Shown in pieces: positions 10,043 through 20,013 of a stretch of 64,000 bases of DNA (position 1 is the stretch's first letter; each line of letters begins with the position of its first letter). The notes below the pieces were generated by a model. It was not told the DNA's origin. It saw only the letters and a list, made by a program, of their open reading frames with translations, and did not search any database. Made by a program: the position numbers and the translations under genes. Source of the DNA: a bacterium (GTDB lineage: Bacteria > UBA8248); the NCBI GenBank assembly GCA_965213625.1, contig CBDBZU010000004.1, positions 1,184,001-1,248,000 on the forward strand, in the 5' to 3' direction.

Positions 10043-12376
10043 GTGATGTCGGAACGTTTTTACCAAGAGATGTTCGGTGGACCTGATGATGATGGTGATC
10101 TCATAGGCGTCGACATGCCTAGAGTAGATGGTCCACCCAAAGCGGATGGTTCTCCCGTATTCTCTGCAGACCATAAATTAATCAATCCGCTCTATGTTGT
10201 TCCTGTGACGGCTCCCATTGCCTGTGGAACGCTGGAGCGAGTGGATACTGCCGAGGCGGAAAATGCGCCGGGTGTCGCCTGTGTCCTTACGGCAAATGAC
10301 ATTCCTGGCCAGAAACTCTACGGGATGTTGATTCCCGATCAGCCGGTTTTGGTGGAAGAGCACATCTTTTCACTTCAAGATGTCGTAGCCATTGTGGCGG
10401 CGGACACGCTGGAGCAGGCGGAGTTCGCAGCCGGTTTGGTGCACATGAAAACAAAAGCGCTTCCGGCCGTTTTTGAAACCCAAGACGCCTTGAAAGATGA
10501 TGCCCCCATCGTTCAGCCTGATCATCCGGTGGCAAAAGGAAATGTGCTGACCCACTTGAAGATCCGCAAGGGAGACGTAGAAAAAGGTTTCGCCGAGGCG
10601 GATGTAATTCTGGAAAATACATACGAAACCCAGTTCATCGATCATGCTTACCTCGAACCCGATGCGGGCTATGTGGTTCCCAATCCCGATGGTTCCATCA
10701 CCTGCACAGGGCCAACCCAGTGCCCGCATATGGTGAGGCGTGTCATCGCTCCGGTGTTGGGATTAGGACAAAACGAGATTCAGTTCATATCTACCCCGCC
10801 GGGTGGGGGATTTGGAGGAAAAGAAGAAACCTCCATCGAGATCGCCATGCGGGCGGGCTTGGTAGCGCTCAAGACAAGTCGTCCGACCATCTACAACTAC
10901 ACGAGGGAAGAATCTCTGGGCGGCAAGGCGAAACGAGTGCCTGCGGTGATCCAACATAAAATCGGCGCCAAGAAAGACGGCAAGATTACCGCTATGCGCA
11001 TCCATATATATCTCAACAAAGGTCCGTACGCCGCGGTAGGTCCAGGCATCATCAAAAAGCTCATCATCCATTCCTCCGGCGCTTATGAATGCGACAACGT
11101 TTGGGCCGATGGCTACCTCGTGCTCACGAACAACATCAATACCTGCGCCATGCGCGGTTTGGGCGTTCCTCAGGTTCACTTCGCGATTGAGAGTCAGATG
11201 GACGAACTGGCCCTCTCGCTAGAAATGGATCCCTTCGAACTGAGGCGATTGAACGGTTATAAGCTCGGTTCATCCACCGCAACACGCCAGGTGCTGGACC
11301 AAAGTGTGGGTTACATGGATTGTCTCGATGAAGCGGAAAATGCGCTCGGTCCGCACCCGCGAGTAAACGCGAACGGCGATGGCCTGTTGTATGGCCGTGG
11401 TATGGCGGGATTTTGGTATTCCACGGGCGCCGCATCGCCCTCGGATTCCTGTGGCGCTCAGGTACATGTCACTGACGATGGAAAAGTTCAGGTAGGGGTT
11501 GGAATCATTGAACTCGGGCAGGGTTCGCACACGGTGCTCGCCCAGATTGCGGCGGAAGCGATGGGCGTGCGCTTTGAGGATGTGCGCATCATGCAGGTGG
11601 ATACAGATGCCGTTCCAGAAAGTGGTTTTACGGCGGGCTCACGCTCCACAACGATTCCCGGCAATGCAATATGCGAGGCTATCGCGGAGGTTCGGGGAAT
11701 CCTGGCCCCTGTAGCGGCGGAAATGCTCGAAGGGCCGGCCGAAGATATAGCTTTCAAGAATGGGAGAGTTTTCATCAAAAGCGCGCCTGAGCGTTCAATC
11801 TCTTTTGGTGAAGTGGTCTCACAGGCGCTTCTGGTCGGCAAGCAGATTACCGGCCAGGGCTGGTTCAGTACAGGGCCATTGACGTTTAACCCCGAAACCG
11901 GGGAAGGCGAGCCGTTCATGGTGTATAGCTATGGCGTACAAGTAGCGGACGTAGCGGTTGACCCGAGTACGGGAGAGGTTTGGGTGCGGCGAATGGTTGC
12001 GGCCCATGATGTGGGACGGGCCATCAACCCCCAAGGGGTGACTGGGCAGATAGAAGGGGGTATCGAAATGGGGCTTGGGCAAGCCTTAATCGAGGAAATT
12101 GACGTGCATGACGGTCGCGTACTTACGCCGGATCTGGCGCGGTATGAGATTCCTGTTTCAATGGATACACCCGAGTTCACCACCATTATCGTGGAAGCGG
12201 CTAATGCAACAGGACCCTATGGCGCCAAGGGTGTGGGAGAAAGTTCTTTGGTGCCCACTTTGGCCGCGATTTCCAATGCTGTGCGGGATGCAGTCGGTCA
12301 TCGATTCACCAAGTTGCCTATCACTCCCGAGAGTGTCGCCATGGCCATTCATAGAGAAGGTGTCAGAGTAGGGTAA
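10043..12376 (+). CDS. Xanthine dehydrogenase family molybdopterin-binding (large) subunit
   Basis: HAYLEP, GGGFGGKE, AMRGLG.PQ, ELGQGSHT, AGSRST, HDVGRAINP, GAKGVGE. Confidence 0.92.
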   Translation: MMSERFYQEMFGGPDDDGDLIGVDMPRVDGPPKADGSPVFSADHKLINPLYVVPVTAPIACGTLERVDTAEAENAPGVACVLTANDIPGQKLYGMLIPDQPVLVEEHIFSLQDVVAIVAADTLEQAEFAAGLVHMKTKALPAVFETQDALKDDAPIVQPDHPVAKGNVLTHLKIRKGDVEKGFAEADVILENTYETQFIDHAYLEPDAGYVVPNPDGSITCTGPTQCPHMVRRVIAPVLGLGQNEIQFISTPPGGGFGGKEETSIEIAMRAGLVALKTSRPTIYNYTREESLGGKAKRVPAVIQHKIGAKKDGKITAMRIHIYLNKGPYAAVGPGIIKKLIIHSSGAYECDNVWADGYLVLTNNINTCAMRGLGVPQVHFAIESQMDELALSLEMDPFELRRLNGYKLGSSTATRQVLDQSVGYMDCLDEAENALGPHPRVNANGDGLLYGRGMAGFWYSTGAASPSDSCGAQVHVTDDGKVQVGVGIIELGQGSHTVLAQIAAEAMGVRFEDVRIMQVDTDAVPESGFTAGSRSTTIPGNAICEAIAEVRGILAPVAAEMLEGPAEDIAFKNGRVFIKSAPERSISFGEVVSQALLVGKQITGQGWFSTGPLTFNPETGEGEPFMVYSYGVQVADVAVDPSTGEVWVRRMVAAHDVGRAINPQGVTGQIEGGIEMGLGQALIEEIDVHDGRVLTPDLARYEIPVSMDTPEFTTIIVEAANATGPYGAKGVGESSLVPTLAAISNAVRDAVGHRFTKLPITPESVAMAIHREGVRVG

Positions 12377-12390
12377 TCATACAGAAATCA

Positions 12391-12427
12391 AAAAGCCGGG
12401 CGGACTGCAATGCCCGGTTTTGTTTTG
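12391..12427 (+). terminator. Probable intrinsic terminator
   Basis: AAAAGCCGGGC-loop-GCCCGGTTTT followed by GTTTTG, 15 bp after the stop codon at 12376. Confidence 0.7.
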
Positions 12428-12478
12428 CTTTCAAAGCAAAAGAGAACATTATTTCCGGCCACAAGTGAGGTGAGCATA

Positions 12479-13546
12479 ATGCGGGCGTTCGTGATGGCGG
12501 CTGGTTATGGCAAAAGGCTGGGAGCATTGGGAGAGGAGATCCCCAAACCACTATTGCCTTTGGGCGGTGTGCCGCTAATTTGCTTTGCGCTCGAAAAATT
12601 GGCTTCTACCGGTGTCAAGGAGGCAGCGGTCAATTTACACCATGGCGCTGAGAAAATTCGCTCCACATTGTACGATTATGCGCACAGGGTCCATATCCGT
12701 TATTTTCATGAACCTGAGATTTTAGGCACTGCCGGAGGGCTCAAGAACGCGGAGGCGTTTTTGACCGAAAAGGACGAGCCTTTTTTCGTCATAAACGCGG
12801 ATGCCCCGTGTGGTGCTGATTTAAAAGCTGCGCTGGCCCATCATCAAAAAGGAGATTTCCTCGCCACGCTCATCCTTAGGCGGTCACCCGAGGCTAAAAA
12901 ATATGGGGTGCTCGAGTATGATGAGGCGGGGCGTTTGCGAAAATTTTTGAACGTTAGCGCGCCAGGGATGCCACAAGGCGCGCTGGACCAAGCGATGTTC
13001 ACCGGCTTGAGCATCATGTCTCCTGAAATGTTGAGTCATATCCCTGCGGGAGTGGCGTCGGATATTTCAACGCAGATTTATCCCCGGTTGATGGAAAAAG
13101 GAGCTCGAATCGGAGCGGTTTTGAGTGATTCCTATTGGATGGATGTCGGCACTCCGTCACGATATTTGCAGGCGAACATGGACGTCATGTCCGGCTCATT
13201 GGCGCCGGATTTCTGTTGGCCGCCAAAGGGGTTTTTGCTGATTGAAGGCCCATCCATGAAGTGGGGGCAGGGCAGCATTGAGCCTCCCGTTTATTTAGGA
13301 CCCGATGTTGTGATCAAAAAAGATGCGAAGGCGGGCCCCTTCACTACAATCATGGCGGGTGCTACTCTTGGAAATAACGCCGTAGCGCGACAATCCATAA
13401 TCTTTCCGGGTGGTATTATTGATGAAAATTCTATTTTGGATAGATGCATCATAGGGCCGGATGCGTTGGCCTCGTCTGGAGGCGGGGTAGTTAGTGAGAT
13501 GGTTTTTCTCCGGGATAGAGAGCAGGCGAAACTATGTGACTCATAA
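12479..13546 (+). CDS. NDP-sugar synthase / nucleotidyltransferase (mannose-1-phosphate guanylyltransferase-like)
   Basis: MAAGYGKRL...PKPLLP, EPEILGTAGGLKNA, INAD, YWMDVGTP, C-terminal hexapeptide-like repeats. Confidence 0.87.
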   Translation: MRAFVMAAGYGKRLGALGEEIPKPLLPLGGVPLICFALEKLASTGVKEAAVNLHHGAEKIRSTLYDYAHRVHIRYFHEPEILGTAGGLKNAEAFLTEKDEPFFVINADAPCGADLKAALAHHQKGDFLATLILRRSPEAKKYGVLEYDEAGRLRKFLNVSAPGMPQGALDQAMFTGLSIMSPEMLSHIPAGVASDISTQIYPRLMEKGARIGAVLSDSYWMDVGTPSRYLQANMDVMSGSLAPDFCWPPKGFLLIEGPSMKWGQGSIEPPVYLGPDVVIKKDAKAGPFTTIMAGATLGNNAVARQSIIFPGGIIDENSILDRCIIGPDALASSGGGVVSEMVFLRDREQAKLCDS

Positions 13547-13579
13547 AACGGTACAATTTTGCATCTCGTGAAGGAGTAG

Positions 13580-15190
13580 ATGTTGAAAGAGCCGACCACA
13601 AGAACATCTTTAGCCGCAGGACGCTCCCCTGTATTCGCTACGGGAGGCTTGGTGGCGACCAGCCAGCCATTGGCTGCCGAGGCGGGTATCCAAATCCTAA
13701 GAGAGGGCGGAAACGCAATGGACGCGGCAATCGCAACAGCCGCTGCGTTGAATGTCGTAGAACCGCAATCTACGGGTGTAGGCGGGGATATGTTCATGCT
13801 GTATTGGGATGCAGATGCGAAGAAGCTCCTGGGCCTGGACGGCAGCGGAAAGAGTCCGGCCAAGGCTACGTTCTCGCGCTACCAGGAATTTTCTTCCATG
13901 CCGGAGACGGGTATTTATTCATGTACCCTCCCGGGTGCTGTGGATGGCTGGTTCTCCGCCCACGAACGGTGCGGCAGCGGCAAGAAAACAATGCCGGAGC
14001 TCCTACAACCGGCGATTCAATATGCAGAAAATGGGTTTCCGCTGTCCCCCATCATTGGCCGTGCATGGGCCAATCAGACGGAAAAGCTGAAAAAATGTGA
14101 ATACTCGAGTCGGTTCTATCTACCTGCGGGGCGTCCACCGAAAGTTGGAGAAAGATTCCGAAACCCGAAGCTGGGAGATTCCTTGCGGATGATTGCCGAT
14201 GGTGGACGTGAGGTATTTTATGAAGGCCCGATAGCCGAGGAGATCGTTCGCTACACCAAGGAAATCGGGGGTTTGTTCGAATTGGAGGACTTTGCCGTCA
14301 CGAAATGTGAATGGGTGGAGCCGATTCGCGCAAACTATCGCGGATATGAACTTTGTGAGATTCCGCCCTCAGGGCAGGGTGTAACGGCGCTGATATGTCT
14401 GAATCTCATCGACGCATACCCTTTGGCGGAGATGAGTTACGGCTCGGTCGACCATCTCCACATCGTGATTGAAGCGATGAAACTGGCCTTTGAGGACAGA
14501 GATCGCTATGTAGCGGATATGGCAAAGGCGGATGTGCCACTAGATGGGCTTCTATCCCTGGGATATGCCGATGAGAGGCGAAAGCTCATTGATGAAGCGA
14601 AAGCCGGCAGTCCCGGGCCAGGAACCCCAAAAAACTGGAACGACACGATTTACCTCACTGTGGCGGACTCTCAGGGCAATATGTGCTCATTCATCAACAG
14701 CTTGTTTCATCATTTCGGCTCAGGTATCACCGGGGGAGAGACGGGCATCATGCTTCAGAACAGGGGTAGCGGCTTTGTGCGGGAAGAAGGCCACCCGAAC
14801 TGCATCGCGCCCGGGAAGCGGCCCTTGCACACTATCATTCCCGGTTTTGTGATGAAAGATGAAGAACCTTGGGTGAGTTTCGGCGTCATGGGAGGCGACA
14901 TGCAGCCGCAAGGCCATGTGCAGGTGCTCTCGAATATGGTGGATTTCGGCATGGACATCCAGGAGGCTATCGAGGCGCCACGTTTCCGCGTTTTGGGCGG
15001 TCGTGCGGTGGCGATTGAGAGCGGGGTGCCGGAAGCCGTGCTCCAGGAGTTGGAATTGCGTGGCCACGACGTCCGTCGCGCCGGCGGCTATGAGGGTTTT
15101 GGCGGCGGACAGGGAATTGTGCGGCTCGATGATGATGTATTCATGGGTGGTTCGGATCATCGAAGAGATGGATGTGCGGCTGGTTTCTAG
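13580..15190 (+). CDS. ggt: Gamma-glutamyltransferase family protein (no signal peptide)
   Basis: GGNAMDAAIA, VVEPQSTGVGGD, autoproteolytic Thr in DTIYL, LQNRG, PGKRPLHTIIP, GVMGGDMQPQGH. Confidence 0.93.
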   Translation: MLKEPTTRTSLAAGRSPVFATGGLVATSQPLAAEAGIQILREGGNAMDAAIATAAALNVVEPQSTGVGGDMFMLYWDADAKKLLGLDGSGKSPAKATFSRYQEFSSMPETGIYSCTLPGAVDGWFSAHERCGSGKKTMPELLQPAIQYAENGFPLSPIIGRAWANQTEKLKKCEYSSRFYLPAGRPPKVGERFRNPKLGDSLRMIADGGREVFYEGPIAEEIVRYTKEIGGLFELEDFAVTKCEWVEPIRANYRGYELCEIPPSGQGVTALICLNLIDAYPLAEMSYGSVDHLHIVIEAMKLAFEDRDRYVADMAKADVPLDGLLSLGYADERRKLIDEAKAGSPGPGTPKNWNDTIYLTVADSQGNMCSFINSLFHHFGSGITGGETGIMLQNRGSGFVREEGHPNCIAPGKRPLHTIIPGFVMKDEEPWVSFGVMGGDMQPQGHVQVLSNMVDFGMDIQEAIEAPRFRVLGGRAVAIESGVPEAVLQELELRGHDVRRAGGYEGFGGGQGIVRLDDDVFMGGSDHRRDGCAAGF

Positions 15191-15246
15191 CCAATCTATG
15201 CAATCGTATTGAAGTGGTGGTTGGCAACGTCGAGAGGCTTTTCACC

Positions 15247-16089
15247 ATGAAACGTATTCTGGTGTTGATTTTAATTACGGGCACTTTTCTGACTGCTCGG
15301 CCTGCGGGGGCTGCATCCGATTGTCCGCTCAAGGGTCATCCCGTGGGCGATGGCCGCTGGACCCGGCGGCAATCCCTTCCATTGGATACGCGGGACGTTC
15401 GCATCCGGTTCGAAAACGGCGCGACCGCACGCCTGCAGGCGGTTCGTCTGCGGCATGAAGAGTTTGAATTCCGGCTACACTGGCGCGATAAATCTGAGTG
15501 GTTCTTGCCCGTCGACTCTGGCGCTCTCGGTGAAAAGCTGGGCGCCGCCGTTATTCTCAACGCCGGTTATTATGATGAAAACGGGCGTCCCATGGGATAT
15601 TTCCGTTCTGGCGGAAAAGTGTTCAACAGCCGCGTGTTGTATCGGGGCCGCAAGACCTTCCTGCATTACGGAGCGCTGTTCACGGTGGGGAGGAAAGACG
15701 GGGTGCCGAAAATCGTTTCACGCGAGAAATTCAAGGTTTCGCGCGTCAGCGAAGCGTTTCAGGCCGGGCCTCTGCTCGTGGAGGATTACAAGCCCGTTCA
15801 GGGGCTTTCCCGGTACCGGGAGTATTTGCGCGCCACGAGGAGGACGGTGGTCGGCTTGGACGCCAAGGGCCGGCTCGTCGTTCTGGTGAGCGAGGCCGAG
15901 ACGCGCGGCATCTCCTGGTGCGAGCTTCAGGAGTTTCTCGTGCTGCCCGAATCGAAGGGAGGCCTCGGCATTCGCGACGCCATGAACTTGGACGGCGGCT
16001 CGAGTTCGCAGTTGTGGGTAAAGGGCGGGATTGAGATTCCGGGGCGGCCCGCGCCGACCTATCTCGTCGCTGCGCCTCGGAGTCGATGA
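15247..16089 (+). CDS. Exported phosphodiester glycosidase (NAGPA-like) family protein
   Basis: Signal peptide MKRILVLILITG...; ILNAGYY, QAGPLLV, RRTVVG, AMNLDGGSSSQL. Confidence 0.85.
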   Translation: MKRILVLILITGTFLTARPAGAASDCPLKGHPVGDGRWTRRQSLPLDTRDVRIRFENGATARLQAVRLRHEEFEFRLHWRDKSEWFLPVDSGALGEKLGAAVILNAGYYDENGRPMGYFRSGGKVFNSRVLYRGRKTFLHYGALFTVGRKDGVPKIVSREKFKVSRVSEAFQAGPLLVEDYKPVQGLSRYREYLRATRRTVVGLDAKGRLVVLVSEAETRGISWCELQEFLVLPESKGGLGIRDAMNLDGGSSSQLWVKGGIEIPGRPAPTYLVAAPRSR

Positions 16090-16103
16090 GACGGCCACTG
16101 CGC

Positions 16104-16274
16104 GCAAATGCGGGCAAATGCGCGGGAGCCGGAAAACTTTTTTTGGTCTGGATCTTATTGCGCGGCGCTCAGGTAAATTAGGTAAAAAATTGTATTTCAA
16201 TAAGTTGCAGTTGATGTCCTTTTCATCAATTTATCGAAAAACCTCGTGAATTTATCGATATTTCTCGTATTATT
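16104..16274. repeat. Intergenic element built from ~10-bp tandem units, copy A
   Basis: GCAAATGCGG-GCAAATGCG (16104), AGGTAAATT-AGGTAAAAA, AATTTATCGA-AAAACCTCGTG-AATTTATCGA-TATTTCTCGT; core shared with 53863-53919. Confidence 0.6.
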
Positions 16275-16694
16275 CGGATGAGGCGCGAAAAATGCGAGAG
16301 CGTTTAACCAGACTGATGAAGGAGGGTTCGACGCGAGCGGGGAGCGATTTCTGCGCGCCGGTTGCGGAAAGAGGAATCGCCGACCGATTGCCGGGACTGG
16401 GGAAGAAGCGATTGCTCTTTGCGCGCCCCCGAAGAAGGACATATCGCATAGCCTGAAGCCGAATCGCCTGTTGTGTTTTGCCGCATCGTCCGAGCGCATG
16501 GGAACGCCCTCCTCGCGGCGCATCTTCCCGCATCCATGCAATAACGCAGTGACCGCAAATGCGGGCAATTGCAGGTGGAACCGACCAGGATGCGGGGTGG
16601 ATTGCGCCGGCCTGAAAATGTTCGATATCCTCAGGCGGCAGGATGATCGATTTTTAACCCGCCCGGATCGCGGGTATGACCGTGGAGACACCAC

Positions 16695-17480
16695 ATGCGT
16701 GACATGGAAGGAAAAATCGCCCTGGTGGCGGCGGGGAGCAAGGGCCTGGGCCGCGCCTCGGCGCTCAAGATGGCGTTGCGCGGCGCCAGCGTGGCCATTT
16801 GCGCAAGGGATGAGGCCGCCTGCGCTGAAGCCGGATCGGACATCGCGCGCGAGGCCGGCGTGGAAACCTGGTCTTGCGCGGCGGACGTGAGCACGACGGA
16901 GGGCGTGCGTAAGTTTGTTCACGGCGCGGCGGAGCATTTCGGCGGCGTGGATGTTCTGGTCTCGAACGCGGGCGGCCCGCCCCGCGGCGTCTTTGAGGAT
17001 TTCGAGGATGACGCCTGGTTCGAGGCCTTCGAGCTGAACGTCATGAGCGCGGTGCGCCTCGTCCGCGAGACGCTTCCGCACATGAGGGGGCGCGGCGGCG
17101 GGAGAATCCTCTTCATCCTTTCCAGTTCGGTGCGCGAACCCATCGACGACCTTCTGCTCTCGAACGTCATGCGGCCCGCTGTGGCCGGTCTGGCGAAATC
17201 CCTCTCCCGCGCACTGGGTACGGAGGACATTCTCGTGAACGTGGTCATCCCCGGCGTCATCAACACCGAGCGCGCGATGCAGGGTCGCGAATCCCTGGCG
17301 AAGCGCCTGGGCGTTACTCTTGAGGAATCGGTCGCCCGCGTGGAGCGCGAGGTGCCGCTGGGTCGTTTGGGGGAACCGGAGGAGTTCGGCGCGATGGTGG
17401 CGTTTCTCGCCTCGCCCGAGGCGAGTTACATCTCCGGCGGCGTGTTCGCCGTCGACGGCGGAAGGTTGCGGGCGATTTGA
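16695..17480 (+). CDS. Short-chain dehydrogenase/reductase (atypical active site)
   Basis: AAGSKGLG, VSNAGGPP, LSNVMR in place of YxxxK, PLGRLGEPEE, SYISG. Confidence 0.9.
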   Translation: MRDMEGKIALVAAGSKGLGRASALKMALRGASVAICARDEAACAEAGSDIAREAGVETWSCAADVSTTEGVRKFVHGAAEHFGGVDVLVSNAGGPPRGVFEDFEDDAWFEAFELNVMSAVRLVRETLPHMRGRGGGRILFILSSSVREPIDDLLLSNVMRPAVAGLAKSLSRALGTEDILVNVVIPGVINTERAMQGRESLAKRLGVTLEESVARVEREVPLGRLGEPEEFGAMVAFLASPEASYISGGVFAVDGGRLRAI

Positions 17481-17680
17481 GATCAATCTCGACCGATGAG
17501 GGAGAGATTGTGGACCAATGGGAGTGTTCCCTGCGGTTAAGAAATCGTGGCGTGATCGCCCCGAATTTAATCGTGCATTTCACTAAAATAGATATTTTCA
17601 GCAAATGATGAAATATACTGAAACACTGAAAAGGCAGAGTTCATGGCTGCCAAAGAGGGCTAGGTTTCGAGCAATTTGCC

Positions 17681-17696
17681 TTGGCGCGAATATGGC
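17681..17696 (+). promoter_or_regulatory. Candidate sigma-54 (-24/-12) promoter
   Basis: TTGGCGCGAATATGGC keeps GG-N10-GC spacing (mismatches to TGGCACG-N4-TTGC) and has an AT-rich tract upstream. Confidence 0.3.
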
Positions 17697-17887
17697 CTTA
17701 CACTCGAATCTTCTCATTTGAAACGGATATACACGCGCGAGTCATTCCCCGAGTTGTCGGGGATGGCGTTTGAGCGCCGGGAAGGGGATGCTTGACGTTC
17801 CCAGTCGGCCCGCTCTTTCCGTGCGGGTGCAAGCAGCCGCGTTGTCCAATTTGATAACCGCGGTTCGCCAAGGGGAAAGGCGATTTC

Positions 17888-18883
17888 ATGCTTTTTCTCA
17901 CCGAAGAAGACGTATACGCCGCCTTGGAGGGCCTCGATGTGTACAAAGAGGCCATCGAGGTCATCGAAGAGATTTTCCGCCATCAGGCGACGGGTGAAGC
18001 GACCCGATTCAAGAGGATCACCCTGGAGCATCCCGACCGTCCCGGTCATCTATGGCACAACATCCGGATATTGCCCGGTATGGTCCCGGGCGTCGGCGCG
18101 GCAGGCGTTCGCGTGTACTCCGGCCACCAGGGCTCGAACCGCTCGGAGATCATCTGTCTGTTCGACTGGAACGACATGGGCATGTCCGCCGTCATCTCGG
18201 ACTATTACCTCCATACCATCCGCACATCGGCACCTTACGGCGCCGCTGTGAAGCACCTCGCGAGGCCCGACGCCAGGAAAATCGGCATCATCGGCACCGG
18301 CCGCTTGGCGCGCGGCCAGATACGGGCCGCCTGTGCGGTTCGGGACATCGCCCAGATCAAGGCTTACAGCCGAAGCGCCGAGAACCGCAGAAAGTTCTGT
18401 GAGGAAATGGAGTCGGCACTCGGGGTCGAGGCGGTGCCCGTTGAAACGGGCAGAGAAGCCGTCGAGGGAGCCGACATCATGATCACGTCAACTTCGGGGA
18501 ATACCATCGTCTTCAAGGGAGAATGGCTCGAACCCGGCGTGCTGTTCATGTCTGTAGCGCCGGGAGAGATAGACGAAGAGACGGTGCTGCGCTCGACGCG
18601 CGTGATTCTTGCGGCGACGGACCAGGTTCTATACGACAAGCCGCCCCGAAAGCCGTTTCCGGCGCTTCTGGAGAGCGGGAAGTTCAGGGAGGAGGACGTG
18701 GCGGCGGAGTTCTGCGACGTGGTCGCGGGCAAGAAGCCCGGCCGCGTTTGGGACGACGACATCATCCTCTACGAGTCGCCCGGTATGGGGATTTTCGACG
18801 TGGGCGTGGCGAACTGGGTCTACGGCCTGGCGAAAAGCAAGCGTATCGGCACGGAGCTGGCATTCGGGGAAGAGCGCGAGTGA
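17888..18883 (+). CDS. Ornithine cyclodeaminase / mu-crystallin family protein
   Basis: IRTSA, GIIGTGRLARGQ, AVEGADI.ITST, EWLEPG, YESPGMGIFDV. Confidence 0.88.
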   Translation: MLFLTEEDVYAALEGLDVYKEAIEVIEEIFRHQATGEATRFKRITLEHPDRPGHLWHNIRILPGMVPGVGAAGVRVYSGHQGSNRSEIICLFDWNDMGMSAVISDYYLHTIRTSAPYGAAVKHLARPDARKIGIIGTGRLARGQIRAACAVRDIAQIKAYSRSAENRRKFCEEMESALGVEAVPVETGREAVEGADIMITSTSGNTIVFKGEWLEPGVLFMSVAPGEIDEETVLRSTRVILAATDQVLYDKPPRKPFPALLESGKFREEDVAAEFCDVVAGKKPGRVWDDDIILYESPGMGIFDVGVANWVYGLAKSKRIGTELAFGEERE

Positions 18884-19014
18884 GCCGGGGACGCAAGACG
18901 GTTTTTTTGCGGTTCGATGATTTAAGCACACCTCGTTGAATTACCTGTATCCCGGTGACATCCGGGAGGGGCCGGATGGACCGGACGACAAGACAATCGG
19001 AGGGGGGATCGGTC

Positions 19015-20013
19015 ATGAAACAAAAGAAATGCGCAGCGGTACTTGTTATCGCGGCGGCTATGTTTCTGCTGCCGTCCGTAAGCCTGGGCGCGGGGAAATT
19101 CCGCATCGGACACACCAAGCTCATCATGGGGTCGCCGGCGGTGGTGGCCGACAGGCTGGGCTACTTCGACCGGACGCTGGGCAAGGGTAAATACGTGGTC
19201 AAGACTTTCAAGATGGGCAAGCTGATGATGCAGGCGTTGCTCTCTAACTCGCTGGACGTAGGTGGTGCGGCCTCACGGCCCTTCGTCACCTCTACGTCGA
19301 AGTCGAAGAAGATCACGGGGCTGAGAATCTCGAACTACTACTGCCGCTCCGCGCACTTGATGGTTCGGCCGGACTCCAAAATTCGCTCCGTAGCGGATCT
19401 GAAAGGCAAGCGCCTGGGGATCGGAAAAGCTTCGGGAACGAACTTCATTTTCCGGAATTTCATCGCTCCGGCCCACGGGCTGAAGAAGGGCGATTGGACG
19501 GTGATCAACACCCTGGCCACGGATCGGGTCGCGGCGCTGCGATCCGGCAACGTGGCGATGATTATGGTGGCGAATCCCGCCGCCACGATCGCGCACGAGA
19601 AAGGATACGCGCGCACCCTGGAGAATTACTGCAAATACGCCAAGGTCTACTGGCTCGTCTTGACGCGGAAAAAGGCGGTTGAGGAGCAGTCCGACCGGGT
19701 CGTCAAGTTCTTGCGGGGGTGGCTCAGGGCGGTTCGGCTTCAAAAGGAGAATCCGGCGCTCTACGCGCGCACATATTGGCAGCATCTCCAATCGAAGGGA
19801 TCGAAGCTCTCCCTCGAACTGGTGCGCAAGAACGTGGACGACCTGGAGTTCCCGCCGCCGTTGGTGGATGAGAACGAGCGGAAGTGGCTGGTCGGCGTGG
19901 CGAAGGTCCTGAAGAAAGAGAAGAAGCTGTCGCGCACGCGTACCTACCGGGATGGGGACGGATTCGATTTGGCTCCACTGAGAAATGCCTTAAAGGCCGA
20001 GGGCATGATGTAG
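19015..20013 (+). CDS. ABC-type substrate-binding protein, SsuA/NMT1/TauA family
   Basis: Signal peptide; IRSVADLKGKRLG; VVKFLRGWLRA; very Lys/Arg-rich. Confidence 0.82.
   Translation: MKQKKCAAVLVIAAAMFLLPSVSLGAGKFRIGHTKLIMGSPAVVADRLGYFDRTLGKGKYVVKTFKMGKLMMQALLSNSLDVGGAASRPFVTSTSKSKKITGLRISNYYCRSAHLMVRPDSKIRSVADLKGKRLGIGKASGTNFIFRNFIAPAHGLKKGDWTVINTLATDRVAALRSGNVAMIMVANPAATIAHEKGYARTLENYCKYAKVYWLVLTRKKAVEEQSDRVVKFLRGWLRAVRLQKENPALYARTYWQHLQSKGSKLSLELVRKNVDDLEFPPPLVDENERKWLVGVAKVLKKEKKLSRTRTYRDGDGFDLAPLRNALKAEGMM

Noticed and set aside
16313-16345. Hammerhead ribozyme suggested by CTGATGA (also at 36647)
   Set aside because: No stem II closed by GAAA and no stem III/cleavage triplet could be built by eye.
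16197-17486. 429-aa minus-strand ORF
   Set aside because: Antisense shadow of the SDR gene extending into non-coding DNA; no motifs.
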